Shown one piece after another: positions 1 through 12,917 of a DNA stretch of 64,000 bases. The stretch is from Lama glama (taxonomy: Eukaryota). Under the pieces are notes generated by a model that was not told the DNA's origin, did not search any database, and saw only the letters and a list, made by a program, of their open reading frames with translations. Location of the stretch: assembly GCA_028534125.1 (NCBI GenBank), contig CM052817.1, positions 11,348,001 through 11,412,000 on the forward strand, read 5' to 3'. Position numbers and translations under genes: made by a program. The stretch's first letter is position 1, and each line of letters opens with the position of its first letter.

Positions 1-135
1 TTAATAATTTATATAAAGGTAGCAAGGAAATAGGAGAAAATGTGTTGAAGAGGGAAAATAAAGGATTTGAGTAGCACAGAAAATAGATTTTTAAATGAGC
101 AACTGATAATTGATAATGAATTATTTGTCTTTAAG

Positions 136-205
136 GACGGAGAAGAGTGACAGCTTCAGCTAGAGTGAACCGGAGACGTCAGACTGCTGAGGCTGACTCT
201 GAAAG
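136..205 (+). CDS. NCAPG: NCAPG (condensin I subunit G) penultimate coding exon
   Basis: Acceptor tttaag|GA and donor AG|gtatgc. Reads (G)RRRVTASARVNRRRQTAEADSE(S) and joins in frame to the exon at 1138. Resembles the recognised NCAPG C-terminus. Confidence 0.9.
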
Positions 206-1137
206 GTATGCCATGCATGTGTAGAATATGTTTTTTTAATTTATATAGAAGTAAAAAAAAAATTGTAGTTTGCTTTTACTGTGAAAGAGCAGCTCCATAT
301 GCAACAAGATAATCCGTGACAACGGTGAGAGCTTTCTAGATAATGTGCCCTGGAGCACTTGACTTCTTACGGCTTGTGTGTTTTTCCTGTCCATGGGCAT
401 GGCCTTTAGTACTAGGTAGTCATTTTTATAATACCTTCTTCCAAATTGTTTTTCCATATATTCCTCTAGTTACAAGATAATGTATGTGTGATTTCTCTGA
501 TCTTGAATTAGCAAATTACTGAGGTTTAGATTTGGGTTCTCTACATTTATAATGGTAGAATAATTCTGCCTGTAATTTGGGCAATATTAGTAGTATAGTG
601 TTATTTTTGGTTTCTGCCAATAAGCTCTTGTAGGAAGCTGAATGTTTACAGCTGTCTGGTATTCATTCATTCATTCATTGGTACAGTATATATATTTTTA
701 GTATATAATTTTAAGTTTTGACTAAATTTAAAATACCTTTTGGGGAAACTTGCTGTTTACAGTGTTTTAGGAATTTATTGCTTAAATAAACAGAACTTTT
801 TTCTTCCACTTCTTGAGTTCCCCCCAAAACTCTTGGGTAGTTGTTATGGTCCTTATTTGTTTGTAAGCTTCCTTATAGAAGTTTGGATTTTTGTCTTTTT
901 TCCTGTATAACACCAGGTTCCAGTAGATACAAAAAGAAATTAGCTAGATTCTCCATGACTCACTTTGCTGGATAGCCAGTCAGGTTTTTTTGGTTTTAAG
1001 ATTTTAGTTTTAAGCTTAGTGGAATCGGGATATCAATCACACACTGATAGACAGTCAGAAACAAAAACAGTTTTATTTATAAATAAACTGGTTTTAAAGC
1101 TTGTATTTAAATTGGTGTATTTTCAACATCTGTTTAG

Positions 1138-1261
1138 TGATCATGACGTTCCAGAGCCAGAATCAGAAATGAAGATGAGATTACCAAGACGAGCCAAAAC
1201 AGCAGCATTAGAAAAAAGTAAACTTAACCTTGCACAATTCCTCAATGAAGATGAAAGTTAG
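1138..1261 (+). CDS. NCAPG: NCAPG last coding exon
   Basis: Acceptor tgtttag|T. Encodes DHDVPEPESEMKMRLPRRAKTAALEKSKLNLAQFLNEDES* (3' part of ORF 965..1261), the recognisable NCAPG C-terminus. Confidence 0.95.
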
Positions 1262-1312
1262 AAGAGATGATGGAGGTGGACTCCTTTAAAATTATGTTCA
1301 GTTGTTTGCTTT

Positions 1313-1318
1313 AATAAA
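1313..1318 (+). terminator. Candidate proximal poly(A) signal of NCAPG
   Basis: AATAAA about 50 nt after the NCAPG stop codon. Usage cannot be shown from sequence. Confidence 0.55.
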
Positions 1319-3582
1319 GTTACCCTTGTATGAAAATTAGAAAAAGTCTGATGTCTTGTAGAACTCTTCCTGCTGGGTGATTCCATGTCCCTTTGGCCTG
1401 TATTGAAGCATTAAGACGGCATGTGTCAGTGCTCCGCAGGCTGTCTGCATCAGTCCCGGCGTGAATCAGAGTCTGAGGTGGGCCAGCACCCTGCTTTTCA
1501 ACCAGCCTTCCCAGGTGATGCCTTAAAATCATGGAGTTACGGGCAAGTTTTAAGTGTAACTAGCTGGGGGCTTGCATTTGACAAGGTTTTAACTTAGATG
1601 TGGCAGATCCCACACAGATAAAAACATCTCGGAACACATTTTACAACACCTTAAGGGTAAAATGAAGTACCACAAACTGGCTAGAAAGGAGCTTACTTCC
1701 AGGAAAGACCAGTATAATGAACCAAGGTATCCAGCATCCGAGTTCAACAGGTACCATTTTGATAATTTTGTGATTCTGACACTAAAAACATTTTGGTAAT
1801 GCTACCTGCATGGGTAGTTTTTTTTCCTAAAATATCTGCGTATGAGAGCCCTACTTTGCTTATGTTGTTTCCTGGGCTACAAAGATGTTCACATTTACAT
1901 ATTAATCATGGAGTTTTCTGTTTTTGGCATAACAAAATATTTATTGTAGATAATAAAAAAACTAGTGGGAAAAGATGTGACAGGAAGCCCACTACATACT
2001 AATTTATGAGCACTATTTCCTTACTGTCTACTTTCTGAAATCGGCACTTGCCTGACTTAGGAAACCTACGCTGTGGGAAATCAGTCCTCTTTCCTTCTAC
2101 AACACCCAACAAAACACCTTTTATTATCCCTCTGATAATCGTCTTTCTCTTTATTATACAGAATAGAAATACCCTAACATTGGATCTGTTTTAATAGTAA
2201 TTGTGCTTTTTTTATTGACCAGAGGCCATTTATTTAAGGTGATGTTCTAAGATGGAGCCAAAGTAAGATTGCTGTGCTTTTTTGAACCAAATTGCTACAT
2301 TACATATGTATATGTGCTTTATAAAACTTAGAAATACAAAAGGAGTCTGAAGGCTACAAAGTAAGAATGCTTATTAAGCAAAAAGGAAAAGGCAGATGTG
2401 GTGATATAAAACAATGGAAAATAGATGATTGTTTTTCATTCTGTTGGCTCTGTGTCTTTTCCTGTGCTTCAAATTCCTTATGTAAGTCTTTTTTTGTTAA
2501 ATCCCTGTCTTTGTAAAAATAATTTGGGGGCTGGGGCAGGTAAGGAGAAATAAGGACTTTCAAGGTACACAAAATGTGCCATAAGTAAAAGTCTTCAGAA
2601 ACACAGTGAACTAAATCCCATTTAACCCACAGCCAGGCTATCTGAGGGGAAGGAGCCAGGTTCTTACATACTTACATGGAACACCATACCAGAGCATTCT
2701 TTCTCTGGCATGCGAAAAATAAATTTAAGCACCAAACTTTGAGTATTCTTACTATTCAAGTTTTAGACACAATCACATAAGCTAATGATGAAGCTATGCT
2801 TTTGCACTATTAAGGAATATTATCCTGATTTTAAGACATCCCTTTACACTTTAAAATAAATGGCTAAAATACAATAAAATCAATATATATAAATCCATTT
2901 ACCATTTTTCATTCAAAACTGATAATTTACAGAAACCAAACAGCATTCTTGTCTGTAAAAGAGGCACAGATTTGCTGAATAGTAAACATGCAATTGTGCC
3001 ATTGCTCTTAAAGCCCACAGACTGCAGGTTTAAAAACAAATAACTGATGAGCTCAGATTTTCACATGAATGGCAACATGCTACTTCATGATAAACTATGA
3101 TCAATCTTTCTATACATATATAACTTTGAAAGAGTTACACTTCGAAGAGATACCTTTGCCTTTGACCAATTTGCTTCGAGGTAGTTGGTATCCACCTGTT
3201 ACACGACTGCTCACGGGCCAGGTTATCGTCACAAATCCTCACGCTGCTAGCCTTCTAAATCTCACAATGCGTTATATATATATTAAGCTTTGTGCACGGA
3301 AAACTAGGGAAAATTATTTCAACTTACGGCATAAAAAATTCACAAAATACTGTTAAAAAGAGAAACATCAAAATCCATTTGTACTGCAAAATTCCACAAT
3401 GGTCTGGTGTAAAACATGTAAAAAAAAAAACGTACAAAGAATATAATCAAAATGATTAATGCTAATGATTTAATATATAGACAAATCACAGGATTAGAAA
3501 TCTTTCAAAATCAATGATGAATGCTTATCAGCAGAAAGAATATTGGTGTACAGAGTAAGGACAGTGCAAGAAGAACTGTAAT

Positions 3583-3763
3583 CTATTTCTCTTCACGTTT
3601 GAGATTTTGGTTTTGGACTGTACAGCTCGCTAGAGATGCTGTTGTCAAATTCAGATTCCATTCAGTGGGACGATTAAGGCACATCTTAACGGGGCTCAAA
3701 GGGCAACTTGCTGTATTCCCATCAGACAAATTCAGTTTCTCATCAGTTTTCACTTGTAGCATG
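3583..3763 (-). CDS. LCORL: LCORL distal last exon, coding part (multi-frame)
   Basis: Acceptor ttttttttttccag|CATG. Phase-1 entry gives ACYK* (stop 3750-3752). Phase-2 entry gives MLQVKTDEKLNLSDGNTASCPLSPVKMCLNRPTEWNLNLTTASLASCTVQNQNLKREEK* (stop 3583-3585), which resembles the C-terminus of a short LCORL isoform as I recall it. Confidence 0.85.
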
Positions 3764-4104
3764 CTGGAAAAAAAAAGTATAAATCACTTTAGTTTTACTT
3801 TAATTTCAAAGAAATTATCAACCTTGTAAAAGAAAATTCAGTTCTAGTGCTTGGACCTCAAAATATTAGAGTAGATAGAGCATTTATGATCCTGAAAGTA
3901 CAAGAGTTTGTTGTTTTTAGCTCCTTCCTCACTGAACTGAATACAATACAGATAATGGTGAGGCCACTCAGATACCACGGGACAAAAACAGCATATATGG
4001 ATTTTATCAGTGTACATCAGAAAGCATATTTTACCTACTGAGCTTGGCTGGATTAAACTCTTAACTTTTCCTTTAACCAGCCAGGTTCAGAGTCACTTCA
4101 AGAC

Positions 4105-4300
4105 AAGAAGGAATTTATTGAATGCCTACTATATTCTAGGCACATTACATGTCTTATCTTACTTAAACATCATAACAACCAAGCAAGGTTGGCATGCTTA
4201 AGCGCATAAGAAACGATAAAAGTGAGTCGCAGAGAGTTGAAGTACAAATGAAGTCAAGTCACGGGGCTGGAACTGGAACACAGTCCTTGCTCTTCCCCTT
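4105..4300 (-). mobile_element. MIR SINE remnant
   Basis: Degenerate MIR-like text: tttattgaatgcctacta...catcataacaacc...gcagagagttgaagta...gggctggaactggaacacagtc. Confidence 0.55.
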
Positions 4301-4895
4301 ACGCCTGTCTACCAGCTCTCTGAGAACCTCCTCTAGAATCACAGAGTCCACAGGGCAGCGAGCCACCACGTGCAATGCATACGTAATCCCGTCTTAAGTA
4401 ATACCGATGATACTCATTTCACATTTTCCAATGTGAATCCTTATGGTTAGAAACCATTTAATAGCTTGCTATACATTAGCTCATTTGACACTTAACTGAT
4501 TAGTTTGGTTGGGCTGCATCCTTCCTATGCTTTCTCCAGCCACAGGTCAACGATTCTTCCCATTAGTAAAGAGGAAGCTGAGCTGGGTAGTGTTTAAGCA
4601 ACTTGTTCGAGCTGGTAAATGACAGCAGCATCCAGACTTAAGTAGTAGCATTCTCCTGATCCCTCCTTGCAACTTCAAGCAACTGACTCACTTGCCATTC
4701 AATAACCCAGAGAGATTTAACCTGTTAAGCCACTTTACAAGATTGAACATCACCCTGTTAGCAACTATCATATTTTTCACTGAGTCCTCCGCAGGCAAAC
4801 CCTGTTCTACTGAAATGACATGATTTCAACTTTTGTAAACAGATAGGAAATAAAATGACAGGTAGCTTATAAGATTACTCATCAAAAATAGTAAA

Positions 4896-4953
4896 CCTCA
4901 CAACACTGTAAACTGACGATAACTCAATAAAACAAATTCACATTAAAAAAAAA
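4896..4953 (+). mobile_element. Very short L1 3'-end fragment with A tail
   Basis: cacaacactgtaaactgacgataactcaataaaa followed by an A tail. Imperfect TSD aaaaatagtaa (4884-4894) / aaaaaaagtaa (4947-4957). Confidence 0.6.
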
Positions 4954-6924
4954 GTAATCACTTAAAAAAAGCCCAAACCTAGAGATACAATTAATAACAA
5001 TTAATGCTTTTCTTTTTCCAAGGAACTGCTAGTCTTTGTATTTTTATTATTTGTATTTTCAAAACAAAAAAGTTTGTATACTTCTTTGAGAAACCCTAAG
5101 GCAAACTATAAAAATACAATGAAATTAATTGAGATAGCTCGGTAGATAACTAACAGGTGTCAAACTCCAAAATAAGAAATGATGGCATGGAACAACAAAT
5201 CATGGTGATAAAAATAATTGTTTTCTGATTGCTCTCTGATTGACAAAAGTGTATTCATCAGAGAATAATACTCAATAACTACATTATTGTTCTTTTCAGT
5301 ACTTTAAAGACAGTTTTTTAAAGTGACTTTTCCAGAGTGTGCACTCTAAATTTAGGAACACAGACTCCAGGGACGCACAAAACGACATGCATCAGAAGAA
5401 AATACCAGTTAAGAAAAAGAGCTAAACGTTAGTACCAATAAACAGACTAACATGTTTACTCCCTCATAAATATATATCTACAAAAAGACAACTAGTTGGT
5501 ATTGAAGCCTGGGCACTTCTGATCTACAGAACCCTGAGAATAGAATGGAGCTCTCTCGACGTGCGAGAACCAGAGGCACTGGAGCAGCATTAGAGCGACC
5601 TTTCTAGTCACTCCCTACTGCTTTTTAAAAGATAGGGAAGCTAAGGTAGAGGGAAATAGACAAATAAGCTGCTCTTTCTCAGAGCGTCCCAACCACACGT
5701 ATGTAGACAAATACAAGAACTTGGATCCCTAATTATAATCTACTACTTACCAGAGCACTTTTCAATTCCATTTTCTATACCAAATTATTTAACATTTATT
5801 GAGTACCCATCAGAAAGCACTTTTGGGTTACAAAGATGAGAAAGATACAGTCCATGCTTTCAAAGAATTTGCAACCTAGAGGAATTTTTAACAAATACCC
5901 CTTTATATCTGGAAATTAAAATTTTGACAAAATTTGTTAAGTTTAATGCTAGACACCTGTCATATAATTATACATTTGTACCAAGTGAAAGATTAATAAA
6001 TATTTCTCAGCTTTTCTTGATGGATTTTTTAAACAATGGTAGTAAGTCTGCAAAATTAAAAGATCAATCATTACAAAATGTTATACAATGAAGTCTCTCA
6101 GTGCTCCGAGTCCTTCTTCTAGGAGCAATTCTTCGAGATAGTCCCTTTACATTGAGATATATATCTGTGTTTCAAATACCTCCTTTTCCCCTACACAATT
6201 CTGTATACCGTTCCATATCTCGCTTGTATATTTTGGAGTGTTTCATACTTGTACAATGAATACTTGATTCTTTAACAGCTATAGAGGATTCCATTCTATG
6301 CATATGTTGTCATTGACTTTGCCAGTCTTCGACTGATAAACTTTTGGGCTATTCCAATCTTTTGCTTAAAATACCAATGTATTGAATATTCTTATGTGTC
6401 TCTTTAAGTATGTGTGCAAGTACATCTTCCTTCCAAAATTTCCTTCATAGACTGTGTACCATTTTAGACTCTAACGATGTATGAATGTATCTTCCTTCCC
6501 TCACACTCGTACAATATATAATAAAATTTATGAAAGCTTAAAAAAATGGTATGCTATTGTTTAATTTGCATTTTTATTCTGAGTAAGATTAAACTTGTTT
6601 TCATATCTTAAAAGCCATTTGTTTTTCCTTTTCTTCGTTCTTTGCCAGTTGAGATGGTCTTTTTCTCATTGATATGCAGTTAAAATTAATCCTGTGGTCT
6701 ATGTGACTTAAAATCCCACTCCCTTCCTCACCCTGCCTAGTTCACTGTATCTGCTTACAGTGATTTTGTCATGAATCCATTTAAAATTTTCTATTATCAA
6801 GTTTATCAGTTTTATTTCATGGCTTCGCTGCTTTACATCATGATTAGAAAGCTGAATTAGCAGCATTTGAATCCTCTGATAAAGCGGCTTTATAAATCTC
6901 TATCAAGGATTCCTATGAAAGCTC

Positions 6925-7160
6925 AGCAGCAGTGTACACAGTGGTACTTTGGGGAGAAACGAGTTGGGGAAAAGAATGTAGGGACCTGGGTTCCAGTTCT
7001 GACAATATTAACAATCAGCCTTATGACCTTGGACAAGTAACGTTAGCCTCCTTCAGCCTCATTTTCTTTGTCTGTAAGAAAAAAAATGACATCTCCCGAT
7101 TAACTTATGTGTTTCTGAGGATCTAACAAGAGTCAATTAACGTGCTTTAAAAACCATATA
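6925..7160 (+). mobile_element. MIR SINE
   Basis: MIR core: gacctgggttccagttctg...tgaccttggacaagtaac...cctcattttctttgtctgtaag. Confidence 0.7.
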
Positions 7161-9324
7161 GAGTTACAAACGCGCAGTTTAGTTTAACACCGCGCAGTTT
7201 GGTGAAGGGGGATAAAGCTAGGAGAGGGGTACTTATCCCAAGTAAGGCCTCTCTGTCTCTGTCCAGTCAGGAGCCTAGATGGTAGGTGAGGGCTGAGCAA
7301 GGGCATTATGTAGACATCTAAGCCTGTTTTCAATGCTTCAGTAATTTCACACACCCCAAGACAGAGCCCCTCTCCACCATCTGAACGGAAGTTTACAGAA
7401 TATGTGCATTTGGAAAGTATAAAAGATAAGAATCTTCTGTGGGTCATGGAAAGACAACTACCGTTTGTGATTTGAATGATTATTGATAATTCTAATTTTA
7501 ACAAAAATGATTTTTATATATTCAACTCTAATAATTTAAACTTGTTTTATTTATTACTGGAGGTATGTGATGGTTCACTTCTGTCATACAGACAATAAAC
7601 TTTAAGCTAGCCACGTTGCGGGAAACACACTTTAGCATGGTCAAGACAGGTCGGAAAATACCACTTAGAAAGCAGTTGCAACACGCCAGGGTTTTGCAGG
7701 TTGGTGAGGAGGCAGAGGGACAAGTATTCGTAAGTTACCAGAATTAAAAGCAGCATGCAGTAAACATAAGTAAAGGGAGTAACTAAGGATGGAGGAATTA
7801 CAGAGAAGGGATAGGTTAATCCCATCAGTGGGGAAACCCGGGGGAAAACAGTTGCAATAGGTCTCTAGGGATGACGCTTTTCGTAAACTGGGTCAGAGGG
7901 AGGCTTCCTAGAGCCTGAGTTCGGAGTTCAGAGCCTGAATTGAATTCACCTGCTGAGTGTACATTCTTTAGCCTCTAAGCTTCAATGTAACAGGGGAGTG
8001 AAGATATAATGCCCACATCTTCAGGGAAATGCGATTACTAACTGAGTTTATGTAAATAAAGCACCTGCATAGAGATTGCAGGTAAAATGCCTGTTTGGAC
8101 ACGCAGTAAGGAGTCAGGAAACCTAAGCTAATATTAGTACTAATAACAAGAATTAAAATCAAAAGGTTCATGTGTGGGGATAAACAATGGCAGATATGTA
8201 TATGATTTGCTTATGCAATGTTCACCAAATTAGTTTGTTCCTATAATTTGTGTAGACAGGTAAGTAATACAACAGTCAATTTTGAATCTCCAGACTTAAA
8301 GGGGGTCAAATGTAAAAGAGCCACAGCATGTAGCCAGGTGAACACGGTCTACCAGTTAACCGTGAGATCTAACGTGAGGAAATAAATTCTTTCTCTTGCT
8401 GGCAAATTCTGTAAGAGTTAGGTTGTACAGGTTTTGGGGTTTTTAAGAAGACAAATTTATCTCAAAAGCAAAATTTCCCTTTGGTAGGATACTGATGAAT
8501 TTAAAGGCCTTGGAAGAATCTTAAGTGGGAGATTTTAAGTCAGATATTTTTCCTGACTTGCTTTTGATTATTCAGTATATTTATCTGGAGGAGCAGAACC
8601 ACCTAGTGGTTAAGAGCAAGACTGTGAAATCTGATACTCTTGGATTAGAATCCTAGATTTGCAATTTACTGCAACCAATTTTAGGAAAATTACTTTTTCA
8701 ACAAAAGATTAGCACACTGGTGCAAACCAAGTGTTACCATGATTATTAGAGAGCAAACTGTGATAATCAGGAACTCGAAAGAAAACATCTAGAATGGAAA
8801 GAATAGTTTCTACTGAGAAATGGGATAGCTACTGACATTTTTAGTTGAAAAAATGAAGAAAATTATAGTCAGATCAAGGGCACAAAACCAATTCTTTTCA
8901 GGAGCCAATGACCACAGTTTGCACTGCTATGTGATTTAGATGAGATCCTTGGCCGATTAGGGACAAAAGCTTTCCCTGAATTTCTTAATGAACTTGTATA
9001 TAAACTTGGGGTAACACAACTGTGCCTAAAGCAGTATCTTAAATATAACAGGTATTCAATTATTCAATAAATACATAAATGTGATTGATATTTTTATAAA
9101 AATAGAAAATTTCAGTACTACATTAATATGAAATTAAAAGCAATTAGCAAGTTGTTCATCTAAGATAATGCCAACTAGCTAACTAGAAAATATTGCAGAA
9201 CCTGGTATGATTTAAACGAATGTTTCTGGACCTGTTCCCATCTCTCTTTTCAAGAACTTATCAGTGATCAGCATCAACAATCCTGTTGCCCTCCTTCCTT
9301 TTTTTTTTTTTTTAATATACCATC

Positions 9325-9751
9325 TGTGGCAGATTAAGTGCATTAACAGCCCCAGCTCTTCACCCACCACTGTATTTACTCCCTTTGCCTTAACATTTTA
9401 CAGCGCCCTCTCACTGCCTCACCTGTGGGACGCGCTCTGGCTAACGGCATCCTAGCGAAACGATGCGAGCTGAAGCTGAGAAGCTGCTTGGGATTTATGC
9501 TCACACGCGCACCTGCTGCAGCCATGAGAACGTGCCGGGGCTGGCTTGCGGGAAGGATCTGAGACACATGCAGCAGGGCTGAGTGGTCCCACCTGACAGC
9601 CAGCCAACCTCAGGACACGCGGGGGGGCCCAGCCAAGGCCCAGAGAGTCTTCCGGCCTTATTTGCCAATCACTGACTCATGAGTGAAAGAAATGCTACTG
9701 CTTCTGGGTGTTTGTAGCATAGCACTGTTGTGGCAATAGATAAATGACAGA
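9325..9751 (+). mobile_element. MaLR (MLT1-type) solo LTR
   Basis: Starts TGTGGCAG and ends tgttgtggcaatagataaatgacaga. Perfect 5-bp TSD CCATC at 9320-9324 and 9752-9756. Confidence 0.75.
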
Positions 9752-10066
9752 CCATCTCTTCTCAACTGTGTCCTCACCATGATGTTTACACAAGTAAAGT
9801 CCCTCATTCCTTAAAAAACAAGGCTTCACTCAATCTTTTGTTTCATCAGGTTAATATTTTAGAGTTAGATTGCTTTAACAAGTTGTCCTAGACGTGCTAT
9901 CACTATTTACCATATCTTTTATTCTTTAACGTGTTTCAGTCTAGCTTCCAGGCCTTTACTCCACAGCCCTTACTAAAGTCATTCATGAAATGGTAAGTTG
10001 AATGAATGATCTTTAGTTTTCAACTTCTTTATCCTAACAGCATTCAACACTGTTGGCCATTTCCTC

Positions 10067-10402
10067 TGCTATGGACTGGATTGCCTACCTCCCCACCTGG
10101 CCCGGACTGACATGTTGAAGCCCTAACCCCCATAGTGAGAGATACAGGGCCTTTAGGAGGTACTTAAGGTAACATGAAGTCATAGGGCAGGGTCATAATC
10201 CAATAGGATTGGTGTCCCTATAAGAGGAGGAGACACCAGAGAACAGGAAAGTGGCCTGCAAGCCAGGAAGAGAGCTCTCGCCAGGAACGGGGCCCTCCAG
10301 CGCTCGATCGTGGGCTTTCCAGCCTCCAGAACCGCGAGACAACACACTTCTGCTGTTTAAGTCATGCAGCCTATGTTGCAGCAGCCTGAGCAGAGTAAGA
10401 TA
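10067..10402 (+). mobile_element. MaLR (MLT1A-C-like) solo LTR inserted in an L2 remnant
   Basis: tgctatggactg...gggcctttaggaggt...taatccaataggattggtgtccctataagagg...ttccagcctccagaacc...gcagcagcctgagcagagtaagata. Near-TSD tcctc/ccctc. Confidence 0.85.
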
Positions 10403-12722
10403 CCCTCTTGTCTGAGACTCACTCTTGTTTTTGGCTTTTAAGACAAAACACAGTACTGATTCTCCTCGGCTTCTTCCTGTCACTGCAAGGCCTCCCGCTC
10501 TACCTGGCTGACACATGCTGGGATTCTCAGGGTCGAGTCCCAGGTCTTTCCTTCCTGTTCCACAACCTCTCCTTGGCTCTCGTCCAGATGCAGTGTCAGT
10601 CACCAGCGATGGCCGAGGTACCTTCCCGAGCACTCAGCCCAACGTAGCTCCCCTAGAAATCCTCACAGCACCCAATTTCATGAACACAGGGTTTACCTGA
10701 TGTTTTCTTCTTACCCCCTCCCACTAAAACACAAGCTTGATGAGAGTGCAGATTCTTGTTGGTCTTGTTTATTTCCAGCACACAGCGTACAGCAACTGGA
10801 TAAATATTTGTTAAACAAATAAATCTGGGATGTTTGCTTCTAGTCATGATGAAGTAATAAAATGAGTTTGCCCTCTCACTTTTAATGACTTAAAAAATAA
10901 ACACAAAATATATGAAATAATGTTTCTAAGATAATGGATGACAGGAATGCAGGATGGCAGTGAACTCTGAAAAAGGGGAAACACAGGAAGTAAGCTCTAA
11001 CATTTGCTCTGGCTTACTGCCTGGAGACTTTCTGGGCTGTATATGGGGGGGACCCAAAGAGAACTTGGAAATCTTCCCAAGAAGACAGAGTTTAGAGGTG
11101 AGGGAGTCCAAGGTGACTAGAATGTGTGGGGCGATATACAGGAGAGAGCACTGCAGAGACAGCCAGCTCCAGCGACCCCTGAAGTCTGGAGATAAACACT
11201 GATCAGTACACGCATGTTTCCCAAGGCTGTGAAAAGGACCAGGTGGAGAATACCCAGAGGCCACGTAGGACTGGATATAATTTGTGTTCCCACCGGAAAG
11301 AATGCAAAGAGCTAGGAGCTGAGGCGTTGAGCATGCCTCGGACAGCTGCTGGTATTGCCTCACGAGGGGTGAAATTAGCCACTGACAGTCCACAGACATG
11401 GCTCTGGAGAACCTGCATGTTCTTGCCTTCACTCACTCTTCAGTCTTCATCACACCTGACATCATGCTCTCCCTTCTCTCTCGACTTCAGACACACCAGT
11501 CACGTCTTACCCGTCTTACCCGCCAAGAACACTGGACCTCAAGGGTTTTTTCACATTCAGTTCTTTCCTCCTGAGAAGCCATTTCCTCTCCTCCCAGTTC
11601 TCTGCCACTCGGCCTAGCTGATTCCTACTCACCCTTCACAGCTCAGCTCAACGCCATGTCCTCCGAGAAGTCTGCCCTCACTTCCCTGACTTGATAAGCT
11701 CTCCCTATAAAGAATCCTCATAGGACCACCTACTAAGAACTTGTAAGATCTGTGTAATTGTTTTCTCAGTGTCCGCCCCTCCAAATAAACCTGAACCATG
11801 AATGGAATGCCTTCTAGTTTTGTCCCCCATTATTTCCCCTATGACTAGCACGCTACAGTATTGGCATACAGGAGACAAATATTTCTGAAAGAATAAATTA
11901 GTGGGGTCTATAGATATAAGCTTCTAAAATCTAGCTATTTTTATATAATACAGAAACAAAGAAGTAAACAAACAAATTTTCCAGGTTGCCTGGAATTGGA
12001 ATTGGGGGAGAAAAAAGAAGCCAAAGTCTTGTTTAAAATTAAACAAAAACAAGGAAGAAAAAAACCTGGAAGGGTGATATCATTCAGACCCCTACTCTGC
12101 CTTCTTGTTTTTTTTTGTTTTTTTTTTTAATTAAACAATAGGTGAATTCAGTAGGCTTAACATTATGATAATCACAGAATACTCAGCTTCACTACAAAGA
12201 AAACTATTTACCACACAGGAAAAATGAGAGAAATATGGTAGCCAGGAGAGCTGAACTAAGAATTCTGAATTCCTGAGAGAAGAAAAAAGGGGTAGCGAAG
12301 GGGAGAAGAGAACAGCTGAGGAGGGAATTTAGGGTGTGAAGCACTGAAGTCAATCTCTTTCTAACAGGTGGTAGCAGCTGGTTAAGGAAGAGAAGGGTGA
12401 CCCTTGAACTTACCTCAGAAAGACAGAGCAGGTCTGGAGGCTGAAGGGAGAGAATAAAGATTTACAAAACAGAATCACACTGGCACTCATGGCTCCCCCG
12501 GCACCACTCTGGTGGATAAAGACAGGTCTGGTCCCACAGAGATAAATCAAAACGGAACAACCACATGTGAGAAATGTATTGTGTGGGAGGAGGGGGTGGA
12601 CAACGGAGGGGAGTGGATGGGGTGCTGGGATGAACTGGATATAATAATTAATCTACTAAAAAAAAAAAGTCCAGTGACTGTTTTCCCCTAGTCACACCAT
12701 GTGAAAATTGCATTGAAATAAA

Positions 12723-12917
12723 CAGGAGTCGGCAAACTTTCTATGCAAAGGGCCAGATAATGAATATTTTAGGCTCTGCGTGCTACATGCTCTCAGTTGC
12801 AACTACTCAGGTCAGCTTCTGTGGCATAAAAAGAGCGACAGACATCATATAAGTGAATGACCATGACAACGTTCCAACAAAACTACTGACAAAGCAGACC
12901 CAGGGCCAGATGCCCCC
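12723..12917 (+). mobile_element. hAT-Charlie non-autonomous element (MER58A-like)
   Basis: caggagtcggcaaactttctatgcaaagggccagataatgaatattttaggc...gttgcaactactca...gttccaacaaaact. Confidence 0.75.

Noticed and set aside
965..1137. 5' part of ORF 965..1261 as coding
   Set aside because: Intronic open frame upstream of the true acceptor at 1138.
7171..7200. Direct repeat cgcgcagttt, two copies
   Set aside because: Only two 10-bp copies at the edge of a MIR. Most likely a small local duplication.
10193..11617. Cluster of overlapping ORFs up to 168 aa
   Set aside because: They fall in LTR, L2 and old L1-like sequence, with no recognisable protein or splice structure.
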